Source: Callorhinchus milii
Lineage: Eukaryota
Direction of reading: 5' to 3'
Length of the DNA: 64,000 nucleotides
NCBI RefSeq assembly: GCF_018977255.1
Contig: NW_024704742.1
Location: forward strand, 73,162,001-73,226,000
A model generated the notes under the pieces. That model worked only from the letters and a program-made list of their open reading frames with translations. It was not told where the DNA came from and searched no databases. The translations under genes and the position numbers were made by a program. Below, in pieces: positions 12,024 to 25,311 of this stretch (the stretch's first letter is position 1; each line of letters opens with the position of its first letter).

Positions 12024-14164
12024 CTATTAAAGTTGATAAGTACAAAGTCAGGCCTACAGGTAAACAAATGCTTCTATAAATCAGTTTCTCCCAGTTCTGA
12101 AATGTTTTTTCAATCTAATTAGAAGAGTTCAATGGCAAGTTATGATACGGCAATCTCAAAAATCACTTACACAATTAGCTGTATTTTTATAGATAAATGG
12201 GCATTTACTCCACATAGTACTGTATACAAGTTTATTTAATTTTTTTAATCATTAGGTAAATTATTCCAAAACAAGTTAAGCAGCATATTTATTCAGCAAG
12301 TAGCTGAGTCATAAATACAATACTGTTTACATTTATTTAATACGGTTCACGTTGGTAGGATGTCTCAAAGTGCTCGACACTGCTAGTTGGGCATCCGAAC
12401 TGAAGGCGAGAGGCAAAGAGGATGGGGAGGGTAAAGATGACCCAAAGCTCTATCAAACAGAATGGTCAAGATGAGCTTTGAAAAAGGGGAGAGTGAGTGA
12501 GAGATTAAGAGCGGAATTCCAGAGAGCAGGGTCAGAAATGCCTGAAATCCCAGATAGGATAGGAATATGAATCAGGCCAGTATTTGCTGAACAAAAGGAG
12601 TAGCCAAATCAGTTGAGTTGAAGGAAGGATCTGAAGGAGAGAACAAAGACCTTGGATTTGATCTGCTGGGGAGTATGGAGCAGTGAACAAACAAACAGAA
12701 GTCTTTAGCACAGAAGGCCCTTAATGTCTATTTGTTTGCCCTTTTAATAATCCCATTTACCAGCTCTTCCCCATATCCCTAAATGTTTTTACAGATGGTC
12801 CCAGGTTCAATCTATACAGTTATCCATTCAGCCAGCAATGCAAGGTAGCAGCCATTGTTCCTTACTATTATTTTTTCTACCTCTGAAATATTACCCATTC
12901 CCCCCCTCAAGTGATGTGCATCGCTGCTGAAAGCCTCATTCAGGCGCTGGTCACCAAGAATAATCTCTTTAAAATGCTCTCCTGTCTAGCTTTGCTAGCT
13001 CCAACTCATCTAAACTTGACAGCCCATGTTCTCTCCCGCACTAGGCTCAATACTATCCCCAACAAGCAACATCGAATGCCAGAACTTCAGTAGACAAGAT
13101 CCTTGCCCTGACCTTCAAATCACCAGGCTCTCCTCTCTCTATGTAAGCAATCTCTTCTAGCCCTATTTTCTTGATTCCACCCTCACTCTTCTGCATCTGG
13201 TATATTGCTCATTCTTTCCCCAAAACGAAAAGACAAAACAATCTCATCTATCATTGACAGTGCTAAGTCTCCATCTCCAAGTCCTTGAACTATTTGATTA
13301 ATTTCTTCTTATTCCTAAAAACAATCCCTGTATAATATAAATGTAATTTGTTGTTATATATGATCAACATTCTCTTTTCCTGACCGATTAAACCTGTCAT
13401 GTACGTAAATGCAAGCACAAGTTATCGGTATACTGTAGAATACATGCTAATCTAAGTAGCCAAATACTTTGGCAAACTTATCTTGCCTTCACTTTAACCT
13501 CCATTGGGTCAGGGAGACAATCCAATTCTATGTCTCCATTGTAAAGTTTCCTATAGGGGTGCAAGATCATTGGTTAATTATCCTATAAAAACTGCAAGTC
13601 AAGCCTTGGGGCAGATTGGGCTTCATTATGTGGGAAATTGCTGAACAGATATCTGTTCTTACAGAAACACATATGAAGAACTGGCACAACCAATAGTCTC
13701 AATGTCTGCATCTGTAATCAGTCACCACTACAGCACATTAGAGCCATTCTTATTTGTGCTACTAAGGTGACTTAAGAAGTTTTGAGAAACCTGTTTTTTC
13801 AGGTGTAATTCATTCCATCCTTATACCATGCTTAATGACTTCATATTACACTTAACGTATTTCAGTGCCCAGATAGGGCTCTATCTGAGCTGCAGTGTAC
13901 AAAATGGCCACCTATCGTTAAATAATCCAAGAATCTAAATGCCCATCAGTAATGATCATCCTCCAGGTGAGATTAAACTTGACCAACGTCACTGGAGCAT
14001 TTATGCATACATGCATAATAATTGCAAAATTGCACCAGTTTACTAATTTCCCTGCATATGATGGGCCTAGTAAGACTGTATGCATTTTTCAATTCTTGTG
14101 CATGCACCCTTTTTTGCCAGTAGTGCAAAGGAAAGTTTCTGTTAACAACCAAGAGTGAGAGGTT

Positions 14165-14830
14165 AACAAGGTCTGTTAGCAGGGCCCAAAGAGGTGATGC
14201 TGGGAGGTGAGGAGATGGGTAGGGACTGGGTCAAGAGAGGAGGGGGGGGCTGGAAGGGGAGTGAGAGGTGGGGACGGGGTGTCAATAGAGGGGCTAGAGG
14301 TGCCAGAGCAGATCCCTCAACTTTGGATTTGAGTAAACATGTCAAAGATGGCAGAGAGGGAGTTGTTGAGAAGGGTAACCAAGGAGGGTATGTCATTGCA
14401 GGAGGAGGGCCAGAAGGCTAGTTCAGATGCCTCCAGGGCAGTGGATAGGGCATGGAGGGGGATTTTTCTCCAGGGGCAACAGGAGATGCACATGGGGTAG
14501 GTGGCAGGGAAGGGAGATAGAGGAGTTAAGGGAGATGAGATAGTGATCTGAGATGTCTGTCAGTGATGGTGACATCAGAGACGGTAAGGCCTCGGGTGAT
14601 CACCAGGTCTAGCGGGTGGCCATGGATGTGAGTGGCGGGGTTGATGTGGAGGGAGAAGTTGTGAGAGGAGACAAGGGAAGAGAAGTCAGCAGATGTGGAG
14701 TACGAAGAGGTAAAGTGGAGGTTAAAGTCACCCAAGACAATGAGGCATTCAGAATAGACTTTTTTTGGGGTGGGCGATAGATGAGAAAAAATTTTAAGGA
14801 GACTGGAGGGAAAGTAGGGAGCGAATATTT
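14165..14830 (-). mobile_element. L2-type LINE endonuclease fragment
   Basis: IYRPP and GDFNLH...PATHIHGHPLDLVITRGL, APE domain motifs. Confidence 0.8.
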
Positions 14831-16294
14831 TTTTTTAAAAAAAACTCGACTGTCCATTGCCTTGGGACATCATCCAAACGTGATAACAGCTATGTAAATG
14901 CAATTTGTTGGATAATGCAATATGCCTCCATATCCTACAATGAACTGCCCAATTTATCCTGGCTAATATTTTACAATGTTCAGATCAGATTGTCTTTACC
15001 CATACTGTTGGTTACAAGCCAATTATTAAAATAATAATCCTTGTGGCTTGTTAAAGCACTTCAAAGGATAAGCTTTTTTTTAAAAAAACAATAATAGTCA
15101 ACAATGAAGAAACATTTTTATCCAAATGTGACCTAAATCCAAGATTGGTCAATTTTTTTGCCAACAGCCAATGGTTCAATGTGCGCAGCCAGAAACTCGC
15201 TTGGTTGTAACACTGGCCCTGGTGAGCACCTACTTTTGAGTGTATCCATTTCTGATACAACTTCTCCTCAGAACCTCAAATGAAAATTATCAGCTGAACT
15301 AGGCAACTAATCATTCAATTTTAAAACACTTTGGTAGCACAACAGAAATTTCATACCTCAAAAAGTTAATACTAAGAGGAAAATGTTTCAATACCAAGAG
15401 AAAAAAAATGTAATCCCTTCATTGAAACACTGTCTAGACCAGCTCACTTGCATCACTGCTCTCAAGGTTAAGTATTCACTCATTTCTAAACTAATTCAAT
15501 GTCTAGATTCATGAAAAGTACTGGGAATGTATAAAAATATCTAAGCATACATTAAATTTAAGCCCATATCTAATCAATTTAAACCTATGGCTGTTGGGTT
15601 TTAAATTCCTTACTACTAAAGTTATTGCTTCATTAGGATTCATTTCTACTTGAAGACGGTGTTCATTGTCCTCTCACTGGGATCCACCTATAACTTCCTA
15701 TCCAAATTTATGCCTGATCAAGCCTAAAATTCAATATTGCCTATAAAAAAAATCAAATGTCAATTCTGAACTCATCTTACATGTTCACTTTCCACAAAAT
15801 GAGTTATAATGGTCAACCTACATTTTAGTAACAAAATAAAACCATAACTACATAGAGCAAAAATGTTACTGCAATAATTTTTAGGAAACAAAGTATCCAT
15901 TTTGTTTCTCCTACAACTAATTATTCAGGAACTGTGGAAAGGGTTTTTCTCAGTTATCTTCAAGGCATCTGCACAAATACAGTACTTCCAAGTATTGGGA
16001 GTCCCAAATGACAGCTCAAGACTGACTTTGGAGCTTCTGTGGTCTCAGCAGGTATCGTCAAGTCAGTTTTCTCTACCACTTCCACATATTTAGTTTGCGC
16101 AGGTTTATTGAGGTGAAAACCTCCAATGGCTGGTCTTGGAAATTTTATGATTGGAAGGTGATCAAAATTTAAAAAATTGACATTGCCCTAAGATCAACAT
16201 TGAACATTTCCAAAAGCTTTGCTTCTACTAAACATGCGCTCACATTCCCCCTACTCATCTGTTTAGAACCCTACAAGTATACAAGCCATAGGAT

Positions 16295-16580
16295 ATGGCA
16301 AGCATTTACATAGGGGCCTTCACGCCAGACGACGCCTCGGAGCACTTAACAGTGGCGCAGCCCGATGCAGTGGGAGGGGGAAGGTAACCAAAGGCAAGGA
16401 CAAAGAGGAAGGTCTTCAAGTGCGATCTGAAAATGGGAGAAGAGGGGGCAAGGCGAATGGATTGAGGGAGAGTTCCACAGCTTCAGGGCGTAGTGGCTGA
16501 AAGCACGGCCATCGATAGTGGGGTGGAAGTTCCAAGGGACAAGGAGGAGGCCGGAGCCAGTCGAGCGGAGGCAGCGCATA
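16295..16580 (-). mobile_element. L2 LINE 3' fragment (variant tail)
   Basis: LRSTGSGLL...DGRAFSHYALKLWNS. Tail GGCGTGAAGGCCCCTATGTAAATGC. Confidence 0.75.
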
Positions 16581-18134
16581 GCAATGTCTACAAATAACAA
16601 GAGAAACTTTTAAACTTTACAAATAAGTCAAATCAGTTGTCAGGCAAGAATAATGATACTTCATTGGAGCACAACAGCTCTATCATGGTCCAAGGAGCGC
16701 TTGCTGTTCTCACTTTATTACAAGTCTTTCACATGTGAAAAACTGTGGATTAGGTGAAATATAACCTACACCACTCAATTTTCTCTTCCACCAGTCAGTG
16801 TTGCAGAACCAGCCCTTCACTACAGTGATCACTTTCTATTGCCCTCAAAAGGTCAGTTTCAGTTTGGGAAGATGAATTTGTTTTCTTGACAGACTGCCAT
16901 TACAATGTCTTTATTCAGAGAATGTATCGTTTTCCCCAATCCACTGTCAGCAGCAAAAAAGCTAAATTGAGCAAACATTTTGTTCGCACTTCAATTGATT
17001 TCTCAAAGAAATTCCACCACTGGATAAAGCACATGAACAATTAGTGACTCTGCACAAAATTACAGAACAGATTTTGTCTGAACAGACATGTTGTTACCCA
17101 ATGTATGGGACATTAATTTCTTTAGGCTGAGGCTCACTCCAGTATAACCTTCCCTAGTGTGTTTGAGTAACAGTCTGGATTGAAAAATTATCCCTTTTGG
17201 AGATCAAAATATCATTAAGTCTTTGACATAGAAATCAGGAATCCTGGGATGAACTTAGAAGAAGTTTAGGTTGCAGAAACAGATGTTGATAATGACAAAC
17301 AGAGCATAATGGTAGGTCTGCTTCACTTTGACGAGTAACTAGCCGCATATTCTAATTGCCTCTTGGAATGGTCATGAGTAGGGATTTTCGGTATCCCTTC
17401 CATCTTAAACAGTAGTTTTCCTCTGAAAATCTGATCATAAAGCTGGTTCTTCACACAAGTGGATTGGTACTTTTCATGCTGATTGAGCACTTAAAAGCAT
17501 GACATTCCACAGCCACTTAACTAAAGATTTCCTCTGCCTGAATACTGACATTGGATAGTTATCACATTGTCGGCGACAAAGAGTTATATATATTTAGTGA
17601 ACTGGCCTCTTCATGTAAGGGAAAATGACAGGAGGTAGCCTATATACCCACCAGATGAACAAAGTGGCTGCAACCATACATGAAGGAACAAGCAATATGC
17701 ATGCAATAGCTTCCCTGTGGTTATTCTTTCCAGTCAAGAAAATTCAAGTGTGGATTGTGACTAGGGCCTTATGTTTCCAAAGGACTTTGCCGGTATAATT
17801 ACTTTCAAGTGTACTGACTGTGCTTGTAGGAAAACAACAGCCATTTGTTCCAGTAAATATCCCATAAATACCTACAAGGCAAATAATCAAATACTCAAGG
17901 ATTGTCAAGGACACCTAGAAAAACATAACAGCAGCATGGATCTTTGGCTGCTCTGCTTGAGTGGATGTCAGACAGAACTCGTTTGACTTCTTATCCGAAT
18001 GACAAATTCTCACATTGTAGCCCTGGCCCAGCACTGCACCAAGCTTCAGCCTATAAGGTGATTTTTTCATAACAAAGCAGTGGCTGGATTATGACACTAA
18101 AGGAACAATCTCTCCCATTATGCATTATAAACCT

Positions 18135-18720
18135 ATTTTTGGTCACCCAGGAGTCTGACACATGTGGAAAACTCTCACCATGCTTAAGAGCATCCAAAGC
18201 AGAGTTGCATGCATCCCACCTATACATGGAGGTTCCAGAAATATTAGAATGTGCACTCACTCCCTGAAGAAACGCATTATGCTTACCCAATTCTAGACAG
18301 TATTAGGCACACATTTGCGAGAGCCAAGGCTTAGGGACCCCAGAGTGTACAATAGGGTGCTGCTGGAGTCCAACCAGCTAAAACAGCATAGCTTGCCATT
18401 AAAAGCTTTCCTACTGCTTGTTCAGCTAGGACCACCCTACCATTAGGGATTTGTCTTCCAGGGCAAACAGGAGATAAATGGGAAGCGTCCCTGCCCCAGT
18501 AAAATAGATTGGTCTGCCTCTCCAAGTCCTGCTGATGCCCATGCTGTCATCAGCAGTAACTTGGAATCCTGCAGACCTACCTGGCTCAGGAACTGGATTA
18601 CTGAGATCGTCAGACGGTTGACTCGGATACAACATTCGGTTGCCAAACGCATTAACTTGGAGCCAGTTTAGCTCCAAGGAGACCCTGCTGGTCTTCCCTT
18701 ACCCTTCTCCCCCAGGAGGA
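18135..18720 (-). repeat. Unassigned ~600-bp interspersed repeat (family X), complete copy
   Basis: Aligns by eye with 4398-4652, 40036-40720, 44241-44795, 49112-49722, 56135-56569 and 58750-58937. Confidence 0.75.
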
Positions 18721-19828
18721 TAGTCAATAAATTTGTAAGTACTTTCTTGGAAGTTATTCAGAGCTCTTTGGAAAAGACTCTCACTATTCACTTGCTGGGA
18801 AATCAGGATTGTCTTGGGATTTCAGATCTGACTACAACTGATCATAGGTTCCAAATGGGGTTAAAAATGATGCAAGTGTCACCACACACAATAACCCTGA
18901 TCTGTTTGACTATTAAGAGTGATGAATATATTAGTTCATTATGGAAGTGGATTTCTTTCCTCAATGACAACAACAAATTATATTTGTATAGCATCTTCAC
19001 ATCATCCTCAACTAAGATTCTGTCCCTGAATTAAAATCAATTACTAGAATAGGCTGCTAAATAAACCAACTTGACAATGCAAGTTTAAAGATGCAACAGC
19101 TTCCAACTCCAAATTAAAGAAGTAGCTTCTACAATATTGGCTCCAGTTAACTGTTAAGCATCATACAAGCATCATACATGACTAAGTGGCAATATGAAAA
19201 ATGCTGCAGCAAAACAAATATTCCCAACTACTCACACATACTGATTTTGCTCCAGATTGAGAAAAGACACCCAATAGCTCGACCTTGCCTGTACTACTGG
19301 AAATCTTCCAGATTCCAAACCCCTTCAGATTTAGTATTATAAGATCAATCTCATCCGGCTTGTGAGCTTCAAGAACTAGACATCCCAAAAGTTGGGCTTT
19401 AGGTGGAGCTTGTTGGCTGGGACAGTTTTCTGAAGGCTTTCCAGCATCAGATAGATGATAATACCTGCAATAAGGTTCTACATGAGCTAAGGGTATAGGA
19501 TGCAAAGATGGAAGCCCATTTCCATTTCCTCTCCTTACTACTTTTCATCCAGATGGTTGAACTTCAGGAATTTTCTTCTGCTTCATAAACAAACATCACA
19601 TGGTGATGAAAGCTTCTGAGACCAGTAATCACCTGTCTATCTCCTTGAATGATTTGTGAGCATGTGCCCATCCATCTTAACTTTAATTAGAGGGTCTGTT
19701 GGAGGGATGAAAAGGATTCTATCTTCCATCTTCTCCTCAACTGAAATCCATCACTACCACCTGTTCTCTCCAAAGGCCTCTGATAAAACATTTCAGCCAT
19801 AGCACAACCAAGGTTTGAACAATACAAG

Positions 19829-19880
19829 TTAAAATATACGTTTGGCACTAAATTTGTTTAGTGCTAAACGTATATTTTAA
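19829..19880. repeat. 24-bp inverted repeat, 4-nt loop, flanked by ACAAG direct repeats
   Basis: TTAAAATATACGTTTGGCACTAAA-tttg-TTTAGTGCTAAACGTATATTTTAA, one G.T mismatch. Confidence 0.9.
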
Positions 19881-20087
19881 ACAAGACCTAACACAGTAGA
19901 GAAAGAAGTTTGATCAAGGGTTCTGTAACTTGGACCACAGACCGAATTTAAACACCTTATAAAGATTCTACCTAGTAAATGTTAACATATCAACACCAGA
20001 ACTGAATCTGCAGAATACCAAATTTGCAGATTCCAAGAAAGGGACAACTCTTTCTTTTCCTCAGGGAAATTGCAGGTAATTAAAAAT

Positions 20088-20385
20088 AAGCAAGAGGACC
20101 TGGGTTTGATTCCCAAGCAGGGTGAAACCTTAAGCAAGTTTCTTGATTCCACATGCCCCTGTTTACCTAACAATAAGTAGGAACCTGGTTATTAACCGAT
20201 TGGCGGATCACTTTCCAGGGTAATAATCCCTCCTCCCCCATTCAACAAAAAATGCTATACGGAATTAGCTGCCATGTTCTGCCCACAGAATATTCAGTCA
20301 ATTTACTGTACAATATATTCTGTGAAGCGCTTTGAGACATCACAACGTGATCATGCACTATATCAAAATACAAGGATTATTATAA
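20088..20385 (+). mobile_element. tRNA-derived SINE, 5'-truncated copy
   Basis: B box GGGTTTGATTCC, body and tail homologous to 3795-4148. Confidence 0.8.
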
Positions 20386-21455
20386 GTATGGGTAGTGGAA
20401 AGCATGGTTACATAGACAGCAAGGGTTGGGGGAAAAAAAATGCTCAGTGGCCCATGTAGACTGTGCTTCTGCATCTGGTGCAAATTAGGCTCTAAAAATG
20501 TCTGATACTAAACCTAAAGTTTTTCTCAAACATGAAACACCATTGAAGGCCAGGATAAATTCTAGCAAAAGCAAAGAAAGGGCATCTGCTCGTCAAGGTA
20601 TTGACGACAGTCCAGATAACAATTTACAATAAATTCCAAATTTATTGTAAACCGTTACTGGGCAAAAAACAGAATTCTGAAGTTGGTTGCAAATATTATT
20701 TTGTGGGCAATTCATACAATTAAATGGAACACAAGAAAATATTATTTGAATATAAGGATTTTGATTTACATGATTTAATTTTGTTTAGTTCTAACTAAAA
20801 ACAGCCAATAAGGATTCAGATGCTAATGACTGTCAGACCTCAATAGACTATTGATGGACACTTATCTTAACACTCCTCTGTAATAAATTCATTCCTGCAT
20901 TTGATGTAGCACCTGATCATGTTGTTGAAACCTCTTAAAGCACTTCACAGGGATTAAGGTGGTATTGTGTGACTATTTTGTGGGTGAAACACAGCAGGCA
21001 ATTTGAGTACATCATTATGCCACAAACAGCTACGAATTGAATGACTAATTTTATTTGGATTGTCAGCCAGTGCATTGAGAGAAATACCTTTCTCTTTTTG
21101 AATAGCAGATAGCACCTCGCCTAGAGGACTGCACCTCCAACAATGCAGTGGTTCTCCCACGGTCAGCCTAGACTATGAGCTCCCTACTCACCCTCAATCT
21201 TCCAAGTCAGAGGCAAGAATGCCACCAAAATGGGTACAGGAAGAGATAAAGGAGTTAAGCAGACAAAGTAGGGTTTAAACGTATCCTGAGGGAAGAGCAC
21301 ATTTATCTACGATGTCAGAAGGGAGAGATACAAGTCAACTGGATAGTAATAAAGCATTAGGTTGGATTTAAAAAATTAAAACAAACAGCTGCCATCAAGG
21401 AGGGAATCAGTGAATATGCAGGATAGATGGTAAGCTGGCCAGTACTTAATACTAC

Positions 21456-21767
21456 GGAGTCCTGTAGCTCTGTGGTTAGAGCACTCGCCTTGCAAGCAAG
21501 ACACTTGGGTTCAATTCCAGGCAGGGTGAAACCTTGGGCAAGTTTCCTTACTCCACATGCCTAATAATAATCCCTCCAAAAAACAAAATAATAAATTGGT
21601 CATTTTCAATCCATGACTGTTTGTGGGACACTGCTGTGCACAATTGGCTGCTGGGTTTCACCCACAAATATACAGTCATCAATTCACTTTACAGCGTATT
21701 CTGTGAAGCGCTTTGAGACATCTAGAAGACGTAAAATGCACTATATCAAATGCAAGGATTATTATTA
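21456..21767 (+). mobile_element. tRNA-derived SINE, full-length copy
   Basis: Same head, body and tail as 6975-7291. Confidence 0.92.
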
Positions 21768-22208
21768 GTTATCCCGTTTGATTTAAAACTCAAACTGAAC
21801 ATGTGAACATTGTGCACTTTAAAAAAAAATCTCAAATAGAATACACCCAATTTCTGTCCCAACAGGTATAGATCAACAAACATTGCCCTGACCAACTAGA
21901 TTGTTGAGGGAATGTGTTACCATTTGAAACAAAAGATTAGATAATGGATATTGAGGCAGAACAGCTAATAGTTCGTGACCCATGACATCAGAATGTTTCT
22001 CAAGATGAAGCCTACCAAAGCAAGTAACATATCAAGTAAAGATCTTAGGTAACTTTATTTCAAATCATTATTGTTTTATATGGCATTTTAAATCAAAAGT
22101 GACAAGGAAAAGATTGAACATATCAGCAGATTACATAATCTTTGTGATTTTTTAACAAAACAAGCAAATCAAGAAATGGAAATTTGAGATTCATTTTTAG
22201 AATACTCA

Positions 22209-22328
<120 letters not shown>

Positions 22329-23290
22329 TTACAGTATCATCTCAATTAGTAGTTTTCCCCATTTCTTGAATATTTATGCCAGTAGTCAAAACATTGTCTC
22401 CAGAAACAAGAATATAGAAAATATACATCTATGAAATGAGGGTAAAATCATTAGCAACTAGAACATTCCTGGAAGAGAAGCAGGAAACTATAATCTTCAG
22501 AAATAACCAACAGGTCAACACTACTGCTTAAACATACTCTGAGGGAAAGGCACATTTATCTATGTTGGCTACAGTGACTACGAACCAATCAGAACTGGAC
22601 TGACACTGCCCAACCAAATGTCACTTAACTGTGCATTCAACATAAAAAAACCTTCATCCCACAAAGCTTGGCAAACCCAGATTCAAGAGTAGCCCCTTGG
22701 TCACCGATTCATCAGCTAAATAAACAACTGTTTCCCTTTGTAATCTTTGACTAAACATGTGGGGAAAAATACCCTCTTATTTTCATATTCTCTTGTACCT
22801 GGTATTAACCTAGTGAATACACTGCACCTTTGTAACTTAATATCCTTCTTGTAAAGGGGAATGCAAAACAATACACTCAATTATGGCCTACCCGATGCAA
22901 CTCCCAACAATTTTGTCACTGCTGCATCTTGCTAGTCAAAGAAACACCCATCCACAGGTGTGGGTAAATCCCATTCACACTACTAATTCACCATTAATAC
23001 TATATTCCTTAAAATTTGATTTAAAAAAATAAGATTATGAGTAAGATTGCTGAGTTTTGCTATGGTGACTTGGAACCAATCGAACAGGACTGACACTGCC
23101 CAAACAAATACTTTCAATACAATGTCAATACCTTTAACTTTATGACCCATGTGCCTTCCTCCGTTAGTCTACCATTCATCCCACAAAGTTTGGTAAAACT
23201 AGATTCAAGGTTCACCCACACAAAAAAATAGTCAGTTTTTCAAATTTCTGAGCAGTGCAAATTGTTGCCTTGTGACTTGCATAAAGTTTA

Positions 23291-23458
<168 letters not shown>

Positions 23459-23997
23459 CTAGAAACAATGTGGAAAAAGCTAACCCATAAATAATGTGCT
23501 GCAAATACACCTACAGGCCAACACTTTTCATAACACACCTGGGTTCTGTTTCCAGTATCAGTGGACAATGAAAGGGCAGTAACTACCAGCAGGACCGGCT
23601 GGCCTCTGCACATAGTGCTCAGTAAAGCTTTTAGCATCTAGTAGTGCCCAGGAAATCTGCTAGAAATCTCATGTGTAGAGTTGCCAGCTTCCTGCACACA
23701 GGAAGGGAGATTGATGATCACCCAACAACCCAGAAGGTGATTGGTGGCCATTTTTAATATCCATTATAACATGGGTCTGATTTTATGTACCCAAAGCAGC
23801 ATGTTACAACAGGGTCAGCCTGTATTAGGAAAAGTATTCTATATTCATAATAATCTTTGTATTTGACAGTGTCATTCAAGCTGTGAACAAACTGCTTCAC
23901 AGGGTATACTGTAAAATGTAGTAACTGTATTGTGCAGTTCATATCAAAACATTTAGAGTGCCAGCCATTGAATGTTAAATTTCTCCATTTTTCTAAC

Positions 23998-25311
23998 TAA
24001 CGGTCCATCTCCAACCTCTCTTTTATTTCCAAAGTCGTTGCTTCCCAGCTTCACTCATTCCTCTCCTACCACTCCCTTCATGAGACCCTCCAATCTCTGG
24101 TCAAGGTGACAAACGACATCCTGTCCTCTGCCTCCTCGACCTCTCTGTTGCCTTTGATACCATGGACCACTCCATCCTCATCCACCGCCTCTACTCTCAT
24201 CTCAACCTTTAAGGTTCTGACCTTGAATGGTTCAGGTCTCATGACTCACACCATCTCCAATTTGTCTCCGCCAACGGTTTCTCTTTCAGCCCCCGCACAA
24301 TCTGTGTGGTGTTCCTCAGGGCTCTGTCCTTGGTCCCCTTCTCTTCAACCTCTACATGCTCCCACTTGGTGACATCATCTGCAGACAAGGGATCAACTTC
24401 CACATGTATGCGGATGACGCCCAACTCTATCTCTCTGCCTCCACCCTCGATTTCAAGATAACTGGCGTCCTGTGAGACATCAAGTTCTGGATGAAAGCCA
24501 ACTTTCTACAGCTAAATGTCAGCAAGGCTGAGGCCCTCCGGATTGGCTCGTGCCAGCACCTCCGCACCTCAGGCACTGGCAACATCAGCATCCACAGATG
24601 CACACTCCACCTTACCAAGCCAGCCAGGAACCTGGGCATCTTGTTCAACCTTCAACTTTCTCCCCGATATCCATGCCAAGACCCGCTCTGCATTCCCCAA
24701 CCTCCACAACATTGCCCAACTCCACCATTGCTTCACCCCTCAGACCGAAATCCTCATATGTGTGTACATCACCTCAAGGCTCGACTAAGGAAATTCCCCT
24801 CTTATCAGCCTCCCAATTCTTCCCTCCACAAGCTGCAAATCATCCAGAACTCTGCAGCTCGTGTCCTCTCCCGCATCAGGCTCCATGACCCCATCATCCC
24901 CACCTGGCTCCACATCCCTCAGAGGATAAAATTAAAAATCCTCGTCCTCACCTTCAAGGCCCGCCACGGCCTCGCCCCCTCCTACATCTCTGATCTGCTG
25001 ACCCCCTATCAACTCCCTCCACTGAGCAGGCTCCGGCTGTCTCCCGTCCAATCTGCTCTACCAACGGCGCCCGTGCTTTCAGCCTCTCTGCCCCCACCCT
25101 TTGGAACTCCATCCCACAATCCCTTCACTTTGCTCCCTTGCCTCCTTCAAGACCCTCCTTTTCAACCATGCTTTCAGCTGCCCTAATACCTCTCTGCCAT
25201 CCCTCACCCCAAACCTGCCCCACCCCCACAAACTTGGATCCTGATAACCGACTGTTCAGTGCCTTGGGACATCCTCCCAATGTGAAAGGTGCTTTACAAA
25301 TGTAATTTTGT
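23998..25311 (+). mobile_element. L2 LINE ORF2 RT-to-3' fragment, degenerate
   Basis: GVPQG-like segment, ATGTATGCGGATGAC (MYADD), NFLQLNVSKAE and QNSAARVL, then the L2 tail. Confidence 0.92.
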
